A DNA stretch of 64,000 nucleotides from Candidatus Bathyarchaeota archaeon (GCA_963768425.1 CAVYHV010000009.1:192001-256000); one strand, 5' to 3'; numbered from the stretch's first letter, positions 43,254 through 52,664 are shown. Notes: generated from the sequence alone by a model not told the origin. A program made the numbers and translations.

Positions 43254-43493
43254 GTGGCTGCACACCTCAACGCGACCGTGCGTAATGGCGGAACCGACCA
43301 TAACAGCTTAGCCACGGCGGAAACATCACTTGAAGCGGTGATGACGGAGGTTTACCGCATAATCCACCTGCAAGATCCAAACTATGTGGTTTCAAGTGAG
43401 CATTTCCATCCTGAGGCACCCGAAATAGCCATTTGCAGGTTTGATGTTGACACCTTTTACTTCCATATTTCAGCTTCGGGTTAATGAGCTGAA
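43254..43493 (+). other. Independent transcript: structured RNA or 76-aa protein
   Basis: TATA at 43214-43219; many nested stems and two pseudoknot pairings; also open frame GTG 43254-43484. Confidence 0.4.
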
Positions 43494-43502
43494 CACAAAC
43501 AT

Positions 43503-44123
43503 TTATGGTGGTGGTACGGATCCAACATATTCAAGAATTATTTCAAAGCGGTCAATGTCTTGATGGTTTGTAGCTAAGTAGATAGTTACTGTGGTGCTAT
43601 TTCCGCTTTCCAAATTAAACACGAACGCGCCAGGATAGGGAATTGGAGGATAGGGTGGAGTTACATCTGTTGCACTAATTTGGCCTCGGTTGTTAAAGAT
43701 TTGCGCTGTTAAGAAAGCGCTTGCACTAGGGTTGCTAAAATTAAAGATGTTGTGATCGGGCAGAGGGTTTTCTGGTGAATAGTCATTTCTGACTGTTACA
43801 TTAATTATGAAGCAAGATGCCCCTTTTTGGATACCGGGCGTGCCATCTCTTTGGGGAACTGCTGGTCCTGGGTAAGAGCCGTAGCTTGGCGTTGCTAAGA
43901 CCACAAAAATCCTGCTCGCGTTCCCATCATAAGGCAAGTATTGTGGGGCAAATGGCTCTATGTTTAGTATTCTCGGAGTCGAAACTTGTTTAAGAGGAAA
44001 ATAAAGAATGATAAAAGTCAACACTGCAAAAACAATAATCAGCGCTATGACTGCTAATTTTAGAATAGTCCCGCTTTTCTTTTTGCTCTGTGGTTCATCT
44101 TTAGTCGCCATATTACCGCTCAC
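43503..44123 (-). CDS. Membrane-anchored protein paralogous to the ArsR sensor domain
   Basis: TM; SRIFVV...YG, CFIINVTVRNDYS, LTA.I, DVT.P, I.LATN...D. Confidence 0.75.
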   Translation of the reverse strand: MSGNMATKDEPQSKKKSGTILKLAVIALIIVFAVLTFIILYFPLKQVSTPRILNIEPFAPQYLPYDGNASRIFVVLATPSYGSYPGPAVPQRDGTPGIQKGASCFIINVTVRNDYSPENPLPDHNIFNFSNPSASAFLTAQIFNNRGQISATDVTPPYPPIPYPGAFVFNLESGNSTTVTIYLATNHQDIDRFEIILEYVGSVPPP

Positions 44124-44266
44124 TAAACAAAAGAATCCCTCAATTTAATTCTAAACATTAGAACACCTCAAGAGAAGGTACACCAAAAGTGAATTAAAGC
44201 AAGGCATGTGTCCAGAAAACTGGACTTACAGAAAATTCTCTTATTCTTTTTTGTTTTTTGTATAAG

Positions 44267-44280
44267 CGAATTTGGGGACA
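44267..44280 (-). repeat. 25-bp boundary site, copy 7, split by IS1182 (other part 45919-45929)
   Basis: Removing the IS and one GACA gives reverse-strand GCGCGCTGGCTTGTCCCCAAATTCG, 23/25 identical to copy 3. Confidence 0.8.
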
Positions 44281-45914
44281 GAGACCGTGTGAAAATTCAT
44301 CGTTTACTCTGAGCATGGAGACGCTTCAAGCTTGCTAAAACCATGTTTCTCTTCCCTTCCACTTTTTGCTTCCTGACTTCACCAGAAAACCCGCATGAAC
44401 CCGGGTCCAAGAATGTTCAGAACCCGCCTAATATTGTAGGCCAGCACAGTGTAGCCGACTTCTCCACATACTTTCCTAAGTCCCTTGAGCAGAAGATAAC
44501 CTTGATTGAAAGCTCGCTTCATAGTCCCAAACGGATGTTCCACAAGACTCTTCCTCAAAGCCATCCTCTTAGGCTCACGAAGCATCCTTTCCCTCAACTC
44601 ATCAAGCACTTCAGCGTGTTCCCAACGCCACAACGTCCGCCCATGCTTATTCAACGTACACTTCGTCATGAAAAACTCACAGCAGAAGCACGCCTCAGTC
44701 CTGTAGACTCGAATGTTCTTTTGATGAGCATGATCCAAATAGCTGAAAACAAGCTTATTTCCCGCTGGACAAACAAACGTATCCGTTCCCAGATCGTAGA
44801 CGAATTTATCAACATGGAATTCTCGGGTCGGAACACCCTTCCTCTTGACAAAACCAGCACCGTACCGATTCTGTTCTGGCACATAAGGAACAATGCCGTT
44901 ATCAACGCAGTCTTTGATTTGAACAAAACTGAAGTATCCCTTGTCAGCAACAGCCTCTAGACTTTTTGCTCCGAGCATCTCCTTAGCGCCTATAGCCATG
45001 GAGCTGAGCTGGCAATTATCAGCCGGAGCATTGGTCACGTTGTAATCCACAATCAAATGATTCTTATCATCAACCGCAACCTGACCGTTATAACAAGGCT
45101 CAATTCTACCTCGATTCTTCATCAGCCTACAGTCAGGGTCAACCTGTGATATCTCGTTCTGCTTGGATTCTTTGAGCTTGGCCAGAATATCGGAGTATTC
45201 TTCTTTGCGTTTCATGAGTTTTTGGACTTTTTCCTGAATCACTTCAACACGTTTATGGTTGGCCTGCTCTTCTCTGCGATCTTCTTCCTCAACCTCGGCT
45301 AAGTACTTTGATACTTGTTTGTCGATCTCTTTCATTCTGTAATCGAGTTTTTTGCGGTTGAAGTTGCGGTCAAGACCGTTGACGGCCTTGAATTTGGTTC
45401 CGTCTACAGCGATGCATTTGGCTCCGTAAAGATCTAAGCGCATGCAGAGTTTAACGAATTCTCGAAAGACGCCTTTCACGCAGTCAATGTTGTCTTTTCT
45501 GAAGTCAGCGATTGTTTTGAAGTCTGGAGTTAGCTTTTTCATCAACCACATGACCTCAAGGTTTCGATGGCACTCACGTTCCAGCTTTCTGCTTGAACGA
45601 ACCTGATTCAGGTATCCGTAAACATAGAGTTTTAGAAGGTCCGCGGGGTCGTATGAGGGTCTTCCAACCTCAGCTGGTACAGAATGCTTGAAGCCGAGTT
45701 TCTTCAAGTTGAGGCTGTCAACGAAGGCGTCAATGAATCTGACTGGGTTTTCTTTATCCACATATTCTTCGAGCGTTTCTGGGAAGAGGGCTGTCTGGTT
45801 TCTGTTGTGGCCTTCTACATGTTCGCTCATGGCTCATCAGTTGCTTTAAAGCTAGTCTAGATTTAAGGTTAACGGTTAGTTGCCAACGACTAAAACAGGT
45901 TTTCACACGGTCTC
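44281..45914 (-). mobile_element. Complete IS1182-family insertion sequence
   Basis: Perfect 15-bp TIRs GAGACCGTGTGAAAA; 4-bp TSD GACA (44277-44280, 45915-45918). Confidence 0.95.
44379..45830 (-). CDS. IS1182 family DDE transposase
   Basis: GRPSYDP, SSRKLE, PDFKTIADFRK, VDGTK, ADKGY, VEHPFG. Confidence 0.95.
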   Translation of the reverse strand: MSEHVEGHNRNQTALFPETLEEYVDKENPVRFIDAFVDSLNLKKLGFKHSVPAEVGRPSYDPADLLKLYVYGYLNQVRSSRKLERECHRNLEVMWLMKKLTPDFKTIADFRKDNIDCVKGVFREFVKLCMRLDLYGAKCIAVDGTKFKAVNGLDRNFNRKKLDYRMKEIDKQVSKYLAEVEEEDRREEQANHKRVEVIQEKVQKLMKRKEEYSDILAKLKESKQNEISQVDPDCRLMKNRGRIEPCYNGQVAVDDKNHLIVDYNVTNAPADNCQLSSMAIGAKEMLGAKSLEAVADKGYFSFVQIKDCVDNGIVPYVPEQNRYGAGFVKRKGVPTREFHVDKFVYDLGTDTFVCPAGNKLVFSYLDHAHQKNIRVYRTEACFCCEFFMTKCTLNKHGRTLWRWEHAEVLDELRERMLREPKRMALRKSLVEHPFGTMKRAFNQGYLLLKGLRKVCGEVGYTVLAYNIRRVLNILGPGFMRVFW

Positions 45915-45928
45915 GACAAGCCAGCGCG

Positions 45929-46564
45929 CTAATATATGGTTCCGTCAAGCCATGTTAGAGGTCCAGTGTAGGGTTGAGTTCCAACATCAACAATGGTGCT
46001 GAGGCAAGTTGAAGGTAGGCCAAGAACGTATAACCCATCTGACCCTCCTGAAGTGACAGTGTAGTTAACAACCACTTGAAAATAGCTCACAAATGTCACA
46101 CCTGATTCAATAATACTCAATCCGGAGCCAGTTCCAAGCGTGCCATTCGACAAAACATTTAACACGCTAACTGGATTTCCAAAAACCGGATTAAATATGG
46201 GCACAGTCAAATTGTTAAAGCCGATTCCCGTATACGTAACCGTAAATTCACCCACGCTGTTCCGTAACAGAACAAATTCAATTGTTCCCGAAGTAGGATA
46301 AACGGTCGTCACGAAACCGGTCGAGTTCGAAAAAGACAATGTCGCGTATATCATAGGACCGTTGCGCGCAATTGGACCAGCAGTTTCCTGGGGAGACGTT
46401 CCAACGGTTTGCCCAACAGTTGAAGCATCAGTTTTCTGAGGTGATGGCGCCTTCTGCTTTTGAGGCGGGTAGCCAAATTGATAGTAAAGCGGAACCAACA
46501 TTACAGCGATTAGAACTGCCACTGTTACGTAAAGCCATGCGTGTTTCCTAATCCCTTTTTGCAT
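45929..46564 (-). CDS. Membrane-anchored secreted hypothetical protein
   Basis: N-terminal TM, beta-rich body. Confidence 0.65.
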   Translation of the reverse strand: MQKGIRKHAWLYVTVAVLIAVMLVPLYYQFGYPPQKQKAPSPQKTDASTVGQTVGTSPQETAGPIARNGPMIYATLSFSNSTGFVTTVYPTSGTIEFVLLRNSVGEFTVTYTGIGFNNLTVPIFNPVFGNPVSVLNVLSNGTLGTGSGLSIIESGVTFVSYFQVVVNYTVTSGGSDGLYVLGLPSTCLSTIVDVGTQPYTGPLTWLDGTIY

Positions 46565-46659
46565 CTGAAGATCACTAAACGATGATGGGTGAACGTTGTT
46601 ATTAATTCTAAGCTACAGAACAAATTGCTTTCAAGGTGTCCAACTTTTGAACGGACCTG

Positions 46660-46795
46660 TTTCGGTGTTGTTTTGTCTCCTGCTGTTGTAGCTGGTGTAG
46701 TTTTCTCAGGCTCTGATTCTGATAACGTTTATGCACTGGGCTCGGCTGCTTCTTCTCACCTATTCCAACGCCTTCGTCAAGTTCCGAAGAGATAA
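46660..46795 (+). pseudogene. Fragment of a PQQ-like beta-propeller gene
   Basis: SPAVVAGVVFSGSD.DNVYALG single blade with no start context. Confidence 0.5.
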
Positions 46796-47089
46796 AATGC
46801 TTTCAAGCATTGCAAAGGAGAAAAGCGTTGGCGGTAGAGTGAGCGACAAATTAGTTAATGCTCGCGTGCCTTGTCCCGATACTATTATTGCTAAGAAAAT
46901 GGATGGTAAATCGCAATCTATTAGACCGAGTTTTGGGGAGTTTCAACGATCAAAGGAAAACGCCAATGCGGGAAAATGTCTCTGAAAGAATTCGATCGTG
47001 TTTGGGATGTATCAAATTTGGATATATGTTTGTGATCGAAATAAGTGATTTATTAAGACATAATATTCTTGAAGTTGGGCGAAACTAGA

Positions 47090-47290
47090 ATGGAGAAAAT
47101 AACCGTTAATTTGCTTGAACTCTCTGATTCTCAAAGAAACGAAGTATTGGCGCAAGCTAAAGCCTATCTGCAACAGCAAGTGCAAGAAGAGACGTATAAC
47201 AGGTATGTTGTAACGGTCCTCCAAAAACACGGACTTGGAATAGGGGAAGAAAGGACATGTCGTCACGTAAACCCCAAGAATTTGCGGTAA
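47090..47290 (+). CDS. Small hypothetical protein
   Basis: MEKITVNLLELSDSQRNEVLAQAKAYLQ helical ORF. Confidence 0.45.
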   Translation: MEKITVNLLELSDSQRNEVLAQAKAYLQQQVQEETYNRYVVTVLQKHGLGIGEERTCRHVNPKNLR

Positions 47291-47544
47291 ATTCGCCTAT
47301 ATTGACCGATTTAAATGTGGAGAAATATTTTGAATCTGTTGGTAAAGGGAAAGCTAGTCAAAAAGCAAAGCCTCACGAATTTGAAATAAATTTACCTCTA
47401 TTAAGCGACTTAAAAGTGGAGGAATCCCTCAATGGTTGCGTCGGCTTTTTCAACTGCTCGGAGCCAGGCAAATGCGGCGACTATGAGATATGCTTAAGAA
47501 AATATATGAATGGTGAAGAGAGAAACGAAACGCTAAAGCTTTAA
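47257..47544 (+). CDS. Small protein with internal repeat and Cys cluster
   Basis: PQEFAVNSPILTDLNVE / PHEFEINLPLLSDLKVE duplication; CVG..C..CGDYEIC. Confidence 0.5.
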   Translation: MSSRKPQEFAVNSPILTDLNVEKYFESVGKGKASQKAKPHEFEINLPLLSDLKVEESLNGCVGFFNCSEPGKCGDYEICLRKYMNGEERNETLKL

Positions 47545-47648
47545 TTTTTGTTTCGAGCGCGCGCCTTAAAGTCGAGGATGACCCACTTTTTTGAAAATTT
47601 TCACTTTTCGTGTTAGCACAGTGTATTTCCTTCCTTTTCATTAAAGAT

Positions 47649-47703
47649 TGTCTGATAGTGTCTAAAAATGTCTACTAATGTCTAATTTTGTCAAAAATTG
47701 TAC
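47649..47703. repeat. 10-bp-phased TGTCT array
   Basis: TGTCT/TGTCA/TGTAC at 47649, 47659, 47669, 47679, 47689, 47699. Confidence 0.8.
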
Positions 47704-47830
47704 CAACCTGCAACTGATTTAAGCTTCTCCGACAAAAAGCAACCCAAACTACAGATAAAAAATTGCCACGGCAAAAAACCAAAATCACAATCCGCTCCCA
47801 CTTCCGCAGTTTCCTCTAACATCTTCAAGA

Positions 47831-47890
47831 GATGTTTTGGGATGTTTTGGGATGTTTTGGGATGTTTTAAGATGTTTTGAGATTTTTTGG
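47831..47890. repeat. 10-bp tandem repeat GATGTTTTGG x6
   Basis: Units at 47831-47881, degenerating rightward. Confidence 0.9.
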
Positions 47891-48101
47891 GAGACCAGTT
47901 GCAACCTATCCAAGCCCCAAACCAAAAAAGCAACCTAAAACGCAAACAAAAAAATCGTTGGCATTTCCACCAAGCCACCCCACTTCTCAAAAAATAAAAC
48001 ATGGGCGCCATTGAACCGGTTTTATGTTGCTTGCGCAGTATTTGGCGGCGTTTTATGCATTAATTTATAAATTGATAAAAACATTAGAAAGTTGACTCGA
48101 A

Positions 48102-49043
48102 ATGAAACTGAGAATAAGGAAACCGAAAGATTCTTCGGACCAGCAGGACCCCGAGAAGGCGAAAGCTAAGGGGAAGCCTAAGGGGTTGGAAGTGGGCAAA
48201 TTTGAAGTTTCTGAAGATAAACTAAAGTTTTTTGTCGCTAAGGGATTCGGCAAGAAACAGTGGGTCGTTGCACGAGAGATCTCCATTGCTGAAGTAGAAA
48301 GCATCACCGGCGAAGGCAACGAGTTAACCGTCACGTCTAAAGGGGTTGATGAAGCCTTCCACACAAAAGACAAGACAGGCTCCTTCACCACATTTGTTGA
48401 GCAAGTTAACGCTATGCTTGAAGCCCAACGCAGTGGACAGCAGAAAGTAGCGGAAACCAACCAGAAAACCACACAAAGAAAGGTCGAACTAATATCAGTT
48501 ATTGAGAAGGCAGTTCGCATAGTTGACTTATCATTTGATGTTCTCATCGGGCTGCAGGACAAACGGATAGATTGGCAGCAGATAGAAACCTCGGCAAGCG
48601 GACTGGGCGAAAGCCTCAACTTCACCGCCCAAACCCTACCGCCTCTGACCCTTGAATACGTAAAAATAGGTTCAGCCGCAAAAGCACAAACACCCAAGGA
48701 TACCTCAAACGAAGCATTCAACCTACTAAAAACAGCATACCGGTACTTCGACAACTTGAACCCTGAAGACGACGTCAAAGAGAACCAACCGAATTTTCAA
48801 ACCACCAAGAATCTGGTTTTAGCTTATTTTCTTGTAAACGATCTTTTACTCGGCAGGTTCGTCGGCGATAAAGACAACACCAGAGAAATCCACGAGCTGG
48901 ACGTGGCACTGCAAAGTTTAGCTGAAGCCAACTTCATAGTTAACCTTGAAGTGCTAAAAGGCAGCCTCAACTTGGAAGACGAGAAACAAGCAGTTATCGA
49001 AGGCACCCGCGCAGTTTTCAAGGAACAGCTAAAGTACCTTTAG
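48102..49043 (+). CDS. Hypothetical protein (PH-like N-terminus, helical C-terminus)
   Basis: Intact 313-aa ORF. Confidence 0.7.
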   Translation: MKLRIRKPKDSSDQQDPEKAKAKGKPKGLEVGKFEVSEDKLKFFVAKGFGKKQWVVAREISIAEVESITGEGNELTVTSKGVDEAFHTKDKTGSFTTFVEQVNAMLEAQRSGQQKVAETNQKTTQRKVELISVIEKAVRIVDLSFDVLIGLQDKRIDWQQIETSASGLGESLNFTAQTLPPLTLEYVKIGSAAKAQTPKDTSNEAFNLLKTAYRYFDNLNPEDDVKENQPNFQTTKNLVLAYFLVNDLLLGRFVGDKDNTREIHELDVALQSLAEANFIVNLEVLKGSLNLEDEKQAVIEGTRAVFKEQLKYL

Positions 49044-49256
49044 ACTTAAGCCATTAACTAAGACAGCGGCTGCAAACGACAGATTATTCTTCTCATATCT
49101 AAACATTATTCGAAGGTATCGTAAATATTCAGATATTAGAAAAGATAATTACCAATACTTATAGTTATACCTCCACAGGGATATTACTTAACAATTCGCT
49201 AGCTTTATCTACGTTCTCGGTCAATTACTGACTTGAGACATCTGGGGGATAAGTAG

Positions 49257-49826
49257 CTGTCAAATAATCCACAGTCAAAAGACGACTCATTGGAAGCCTT
49301 AGACTTCATCGTAAACGTCCTAAAAGAACACGAAAAAGACTTAGACAAACTCATAAACGAGTTAGCAACAGTAACCGAGCAGCTTGGAGACACCGGGGAA
49401 ATCAGCGGCAAAGTAGAAAAAGTTGAAGAAAAAATAACTGGTCTGCAAAAGGAGGTCGCAAGCTTGATGAACTACATTTCAGGAGTCCCCAGAACCGAAC
49501 TGCCGATCACAGCAAAAGAACCAAAGGAACCAATGGAAACTTCACATACATCTTCAATGGTGCCAATCCAAACTGGCGGTCCTTCAGTCATTTTTAGGTG
49601 CATGCAATGGGAAGACTTCCAGAACTTAGCATCACAAGCTCAAGCGTTATCTTTTTGCTACAAGGAAGACGACAAAACCTTTCAAGCGGACGCTCTTACG
49701 GGAAATAGGGTAGTTACCTACAGCGGCGCACTTCCAAAGTTCAACCAAATCCTAAAAGCATGGCTTTCTAAAGAACTAAATGTAGACCAAAAAAACATTC
49801 TTGAAGGCGTTTTAGCCATAGGCTAA
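49257..49826 (+). CDS. Coiled-coil hypothetical protein
   Basis: EALDFIVNVLKEHEKDLDKLINEL; possible CTG start at 49257, otherwise TTG 49290. Confidence 0.7.
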   Translation: MSNNPQSKDDSLEALDFIVNVLKEHEKDLDKLINELATVTEQLGDTGEISGKVEKVEEKITGLQKEVASLMNYISGVPRTELPITAKEPKEPMETSHTSSMVPIQTGGPSVIFRCMQWEDFQNLASQAQALSFCYKEDDKTFQADALTGNRVVTYSGALPKFNQILKAWLSKELNVDQKNILEGVLAIG

Positions 49827-49883
49827 TCTGAATCCTCAATTCTTAACGCTTATATTAGTTTTGACGCATTTTATGTTTTGTAA

Positions 49884-50015
49884 GTGATGGAGGGCTAGTT
49901 AAGGTTGAAGGCTATACCACCTAAGCCAAAAGTTTTTTCCGTTTTCGAAGCCTTCTCCTTTCTCCTCGATGACGGATGGCAAGGGTAGCCAACACACGAA
50001 ACAGCCCTCCACACC
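49884..50015 (+). ncRNA. Candidate rod-shaped small RNA
   Basis: Nested inverted repeats over 132 nt; TATA at 49849-49856. Confidence 0.5.
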
Positions 50016-50344
50016 AACACTTCTTCAAAAATTCAACCCCATAAAACCAAGAGCAAACGGGTTGATTGAAGCAAACACTAACCTTATATGCAATCGCCAG
50101 CAATCATGAATTAGGCTGATTTATTTGGCAGTTGACGTTTCAAGAACAAAGAAACAAAAGCTCCCTAAAAAGCGCTTACTGAAGAAAACAAATAGAAGAT
50201 AAAGCTCAATCAAGCGCCGCCTCCTTCCAGAACCCTTTAAGCAGGGTTGAATATGTGAAGTGCTGCTGCCTCTTTTCCACATTAAGATTTTGGTTCTCAA
50301 AAGAAGTTTAGAGAAATGGATGCCCAATGGGAATCGGCGGTTTT

Positions 50345-50878
50345 TTAGGGCTGACTGTTGGGTGTTGTGAGGTACTTTAGGTGGAAAGGTTTAATTACGA
50401 TTCCAGTTTTCAAGTCAGAGTGGAAAGTTTGGCTTTCAACAACCCAATCAGACAACTCTGAATCATGCGCCCTTATGAACTCGGCGAAATTCGAGAAGTC
50501 TTCGTGAAGTGAAATGCACACCGCATCCCAACCCATCCCTCTTCCATCTAAAACCAGTATCACGTTGGGCTGTTTGAGATACCATTCTTTCATTTTCTTC
50601 AAAGATTCAGCTTTCTCGTCGCCTGTTTTAAGCTTCAGTTTACTTTTTAGAAAGGTGAAGGCTGCTATCTCAAACCCTATTTGTCCGAACTTCGGAATAA
50701 CGGTGTACCCTTCTATGAAGTTTTCTTCCAGCATGGCTCTTCTTCGAGTAACTGTAGGTTGGGATACTCCAAGGGATTTGGCTAGTTGCCTATCGCTTCT
50801 ATGTGAATCCTTCATTAATTCGAAAAGTATTTTGTAATCTATCGGTTTTAGTTCTTTCATTGCAACCAACTTTACCAT
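50345..50878 (-). CDS. Lrp/AsnC family transcriptional regulator
   Basis: DYKILFELMKDSHRSDRQLAKSLGVSQPTVTRRR..LE...IEGYT. Confidence 0.9.
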   Translation of the reverse strand: MVKLVAMKELKPIDYKILFELMKDSHRSDRQLAKSLGVSQPTVTRRRAMLEENFIEGYTVIPKFGQIGFEIAAFTFLKSKLKLKTGDEKAESLKKMKEWYLKQPNVILVLDGRGMGWDAVCISLHEDFSNFAEFIRAHDSELSDWVVESQTFHSDLKTGIVIKPFHLKYLTTPNSQP

Positions 50879-51014
50879 TCATAGCGTTTTTGTTATCATA
50901 TATAAACATCATTATTCAAACACTGAAAAACCACTGAGACAATCTACGGGCAGCGGGAACAGATAGTTTTAAGAGAAAAAAGGGTGTAGAACACCGTGAG
51001 GAGCCTTAAACCTG

Positions 51015-52373
51015 ATGTCACCACAAATTTTAATGAATGTTGAGCGGGAAGTCACTGAACTCCTGCGCATCCTAATACGGATAAACACAACCAACCCGCC
51101 TGGTAACGAGACAGCGTCGGCAAACTATATCGCTCAGTACCTTGGAAAAGAAGGCTTCAAAACCGAAGTCATCGAATCAACTTCGGGCAGAGGCAGCATG
51201 GTCACCAAGCTTAAGGGAACAGGTGAAAAGCCCAGCTTGCTTTTGCTTTCGCATCTTGATGTTGTCGCCGCTAACGCTCAAGAATGGTCCATTGACCCGT
51301 TTGCAGGTGAAATTAAAGATGGCTGTGTTTACGGAAGAGGAGCCTACGACATGAAATCCATGACGGTCATCGAAATAATGGTTATGAAGCTTCTAAACAA
51401 AAACCATGTACTACTCAAGGGCGACGTAGTTTTAGCTGGGACCGCCGACGAAGAACAAGGAGGCGAAGAAGGAGCAGGCTACCTTCTGAGAAACTACAAA
51501 GAAAAAGTTTTGTGCCCATACGTTATCAACGAAGGCGGCGGATTAGCATTTCCATCCAAGAACGGCTACGTATTCCCAGTGCAGACCGCCGAGAAAGGAA
51601 TTCTGTGGCTCAAAATAAAGGCAAAAGGGACGCCTGGCCACGGCTCAACGCCCAATATGGCTGACAACGCGGTTCTACGCATGAACAAAGTTTTAAACAA
51701 ATTAGGAAACTACCAGCCGCCCACCATTTACGTACCTACACTGAAAGCATTCCTAGCAGAAATAGGAACGCAAGACCCAGAGCTAAAAGAGACTTTTTCA
51801 CGTTTGCTCGCAAACCCCCAAAAAAGCGAACAAATCTTAGACCAACTAGTGAAAAAAGACCACGCTTTAGCCGAAGAAATTAGGCCACGAACAAAAATGA
51901 CTATTGCACCAACGATGATTCACGGTGGAGTCAAGGAAAACATTATCCCTTCAGACTGCGAGGCAGTTTTTGACTGCAGAATCCTTCCAGGGCAAAGCAT
52001 CGACGAAACGGTTGACTTAATCAAGGGGTTGCTCAAAGATGTGGGGTTAGATAAGCTGAGTTTCGAGTTTATACAGGCACATGGCGGCTCCGAATCAACC
52101 ATAAACACTGAACTTTATAGTACCATTACGGATGTTCTAAAAGAGTTTGAACCAGGCTGCGGGGTGACTCCAACACTTACCACAGGCGGAACAGATTCGC
52201 GTTTCTTTAGGGAACTTGGAAGCGTATGCTACGGGTTTCAACCCATGATTCCTGACGAGCCCAATGACCAACTGGAAAAACGCATGCATGGCATCGACGA
52301 ACGCATTACAGTCAAAAACCTGGTGTATGGAACGAGCGTGCTTTATGAAACGGTTAAGAGATTCATGACTTAG
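51015..52373 (+). CDS. M20/M25/M40 family metallopeptidase
   Basis: SHLDVV, YGRGAYDMK, ADEE, NEGG, GHGS, GGTD, HGIDERI. Confidence 0.95.
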   Translation: MSPQILMNVEREVTELLRILIRINTTNPPGNETASANYIAQYLGKEGFKTEVIESTSGRGSMVTKLKGTGEKPSLLLLSHLDVVAANAQEWSIDPFAGEIKDGCVYGRGAYDMKSMTVIEIMVMKLLNKNHVLLKGDVVLAGTADEEQGGEEGAGYLLRNYKEKVLCPYVINEGGGLAFPSKNGYVFPVQTAEKGILWLKIKAKGTPGHGSTPNMADNAVLRMNKVLNKLGNYQPPTIYVPTLKAFLAEIGTQDPELKETFSRLLANPQKSEQILDQLVKKDHALAEEIRPRTKMTIAPTMIHGGVKENIIPSDCEAVFDCRILPGQSIDETVDLIKGLLKDVGLDKLSFEFIQAHGGSESTINTELYSTITDVLKEFEPGCGVTPTLTTGGTDSRFFRELGSVCYGFQPMIPDEPNDQLEKRMHGIDERITVKNLVYGTSVLYETVKRFMT

Positions 52374-52664
52374 AAATCAGCGTGAAAAGATTTTGAATGC
52401 CCTAATCTTATTTGACTGCAAGTGAGCAGGGGCTTAAAAAAGCTAAGTGCAGGAAATAGATAACCAGGACACAGTCACCCTATCTCTGAGTTTTTCTTTG
52501 TGGGTCCTTCAAGGGTCCCCTTCTTTTGTGGAAAATTCAACCCGGAATGTGCAAAGCAAAAAAATCTGCGCTAGGCGGCGATGACATGGCACTAAAATTT
52601 TTTATACCTATATCAACCATTCTAGCAGCAGCCAAGAGAACGCAAGTTCGGTGTAAACCTCTAA

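Noticed and set aside
52437-52527. Small RNA after the M20 peptidase
   Set aside because: Only weak stems plus a terminator-like hairpin; not enough support.
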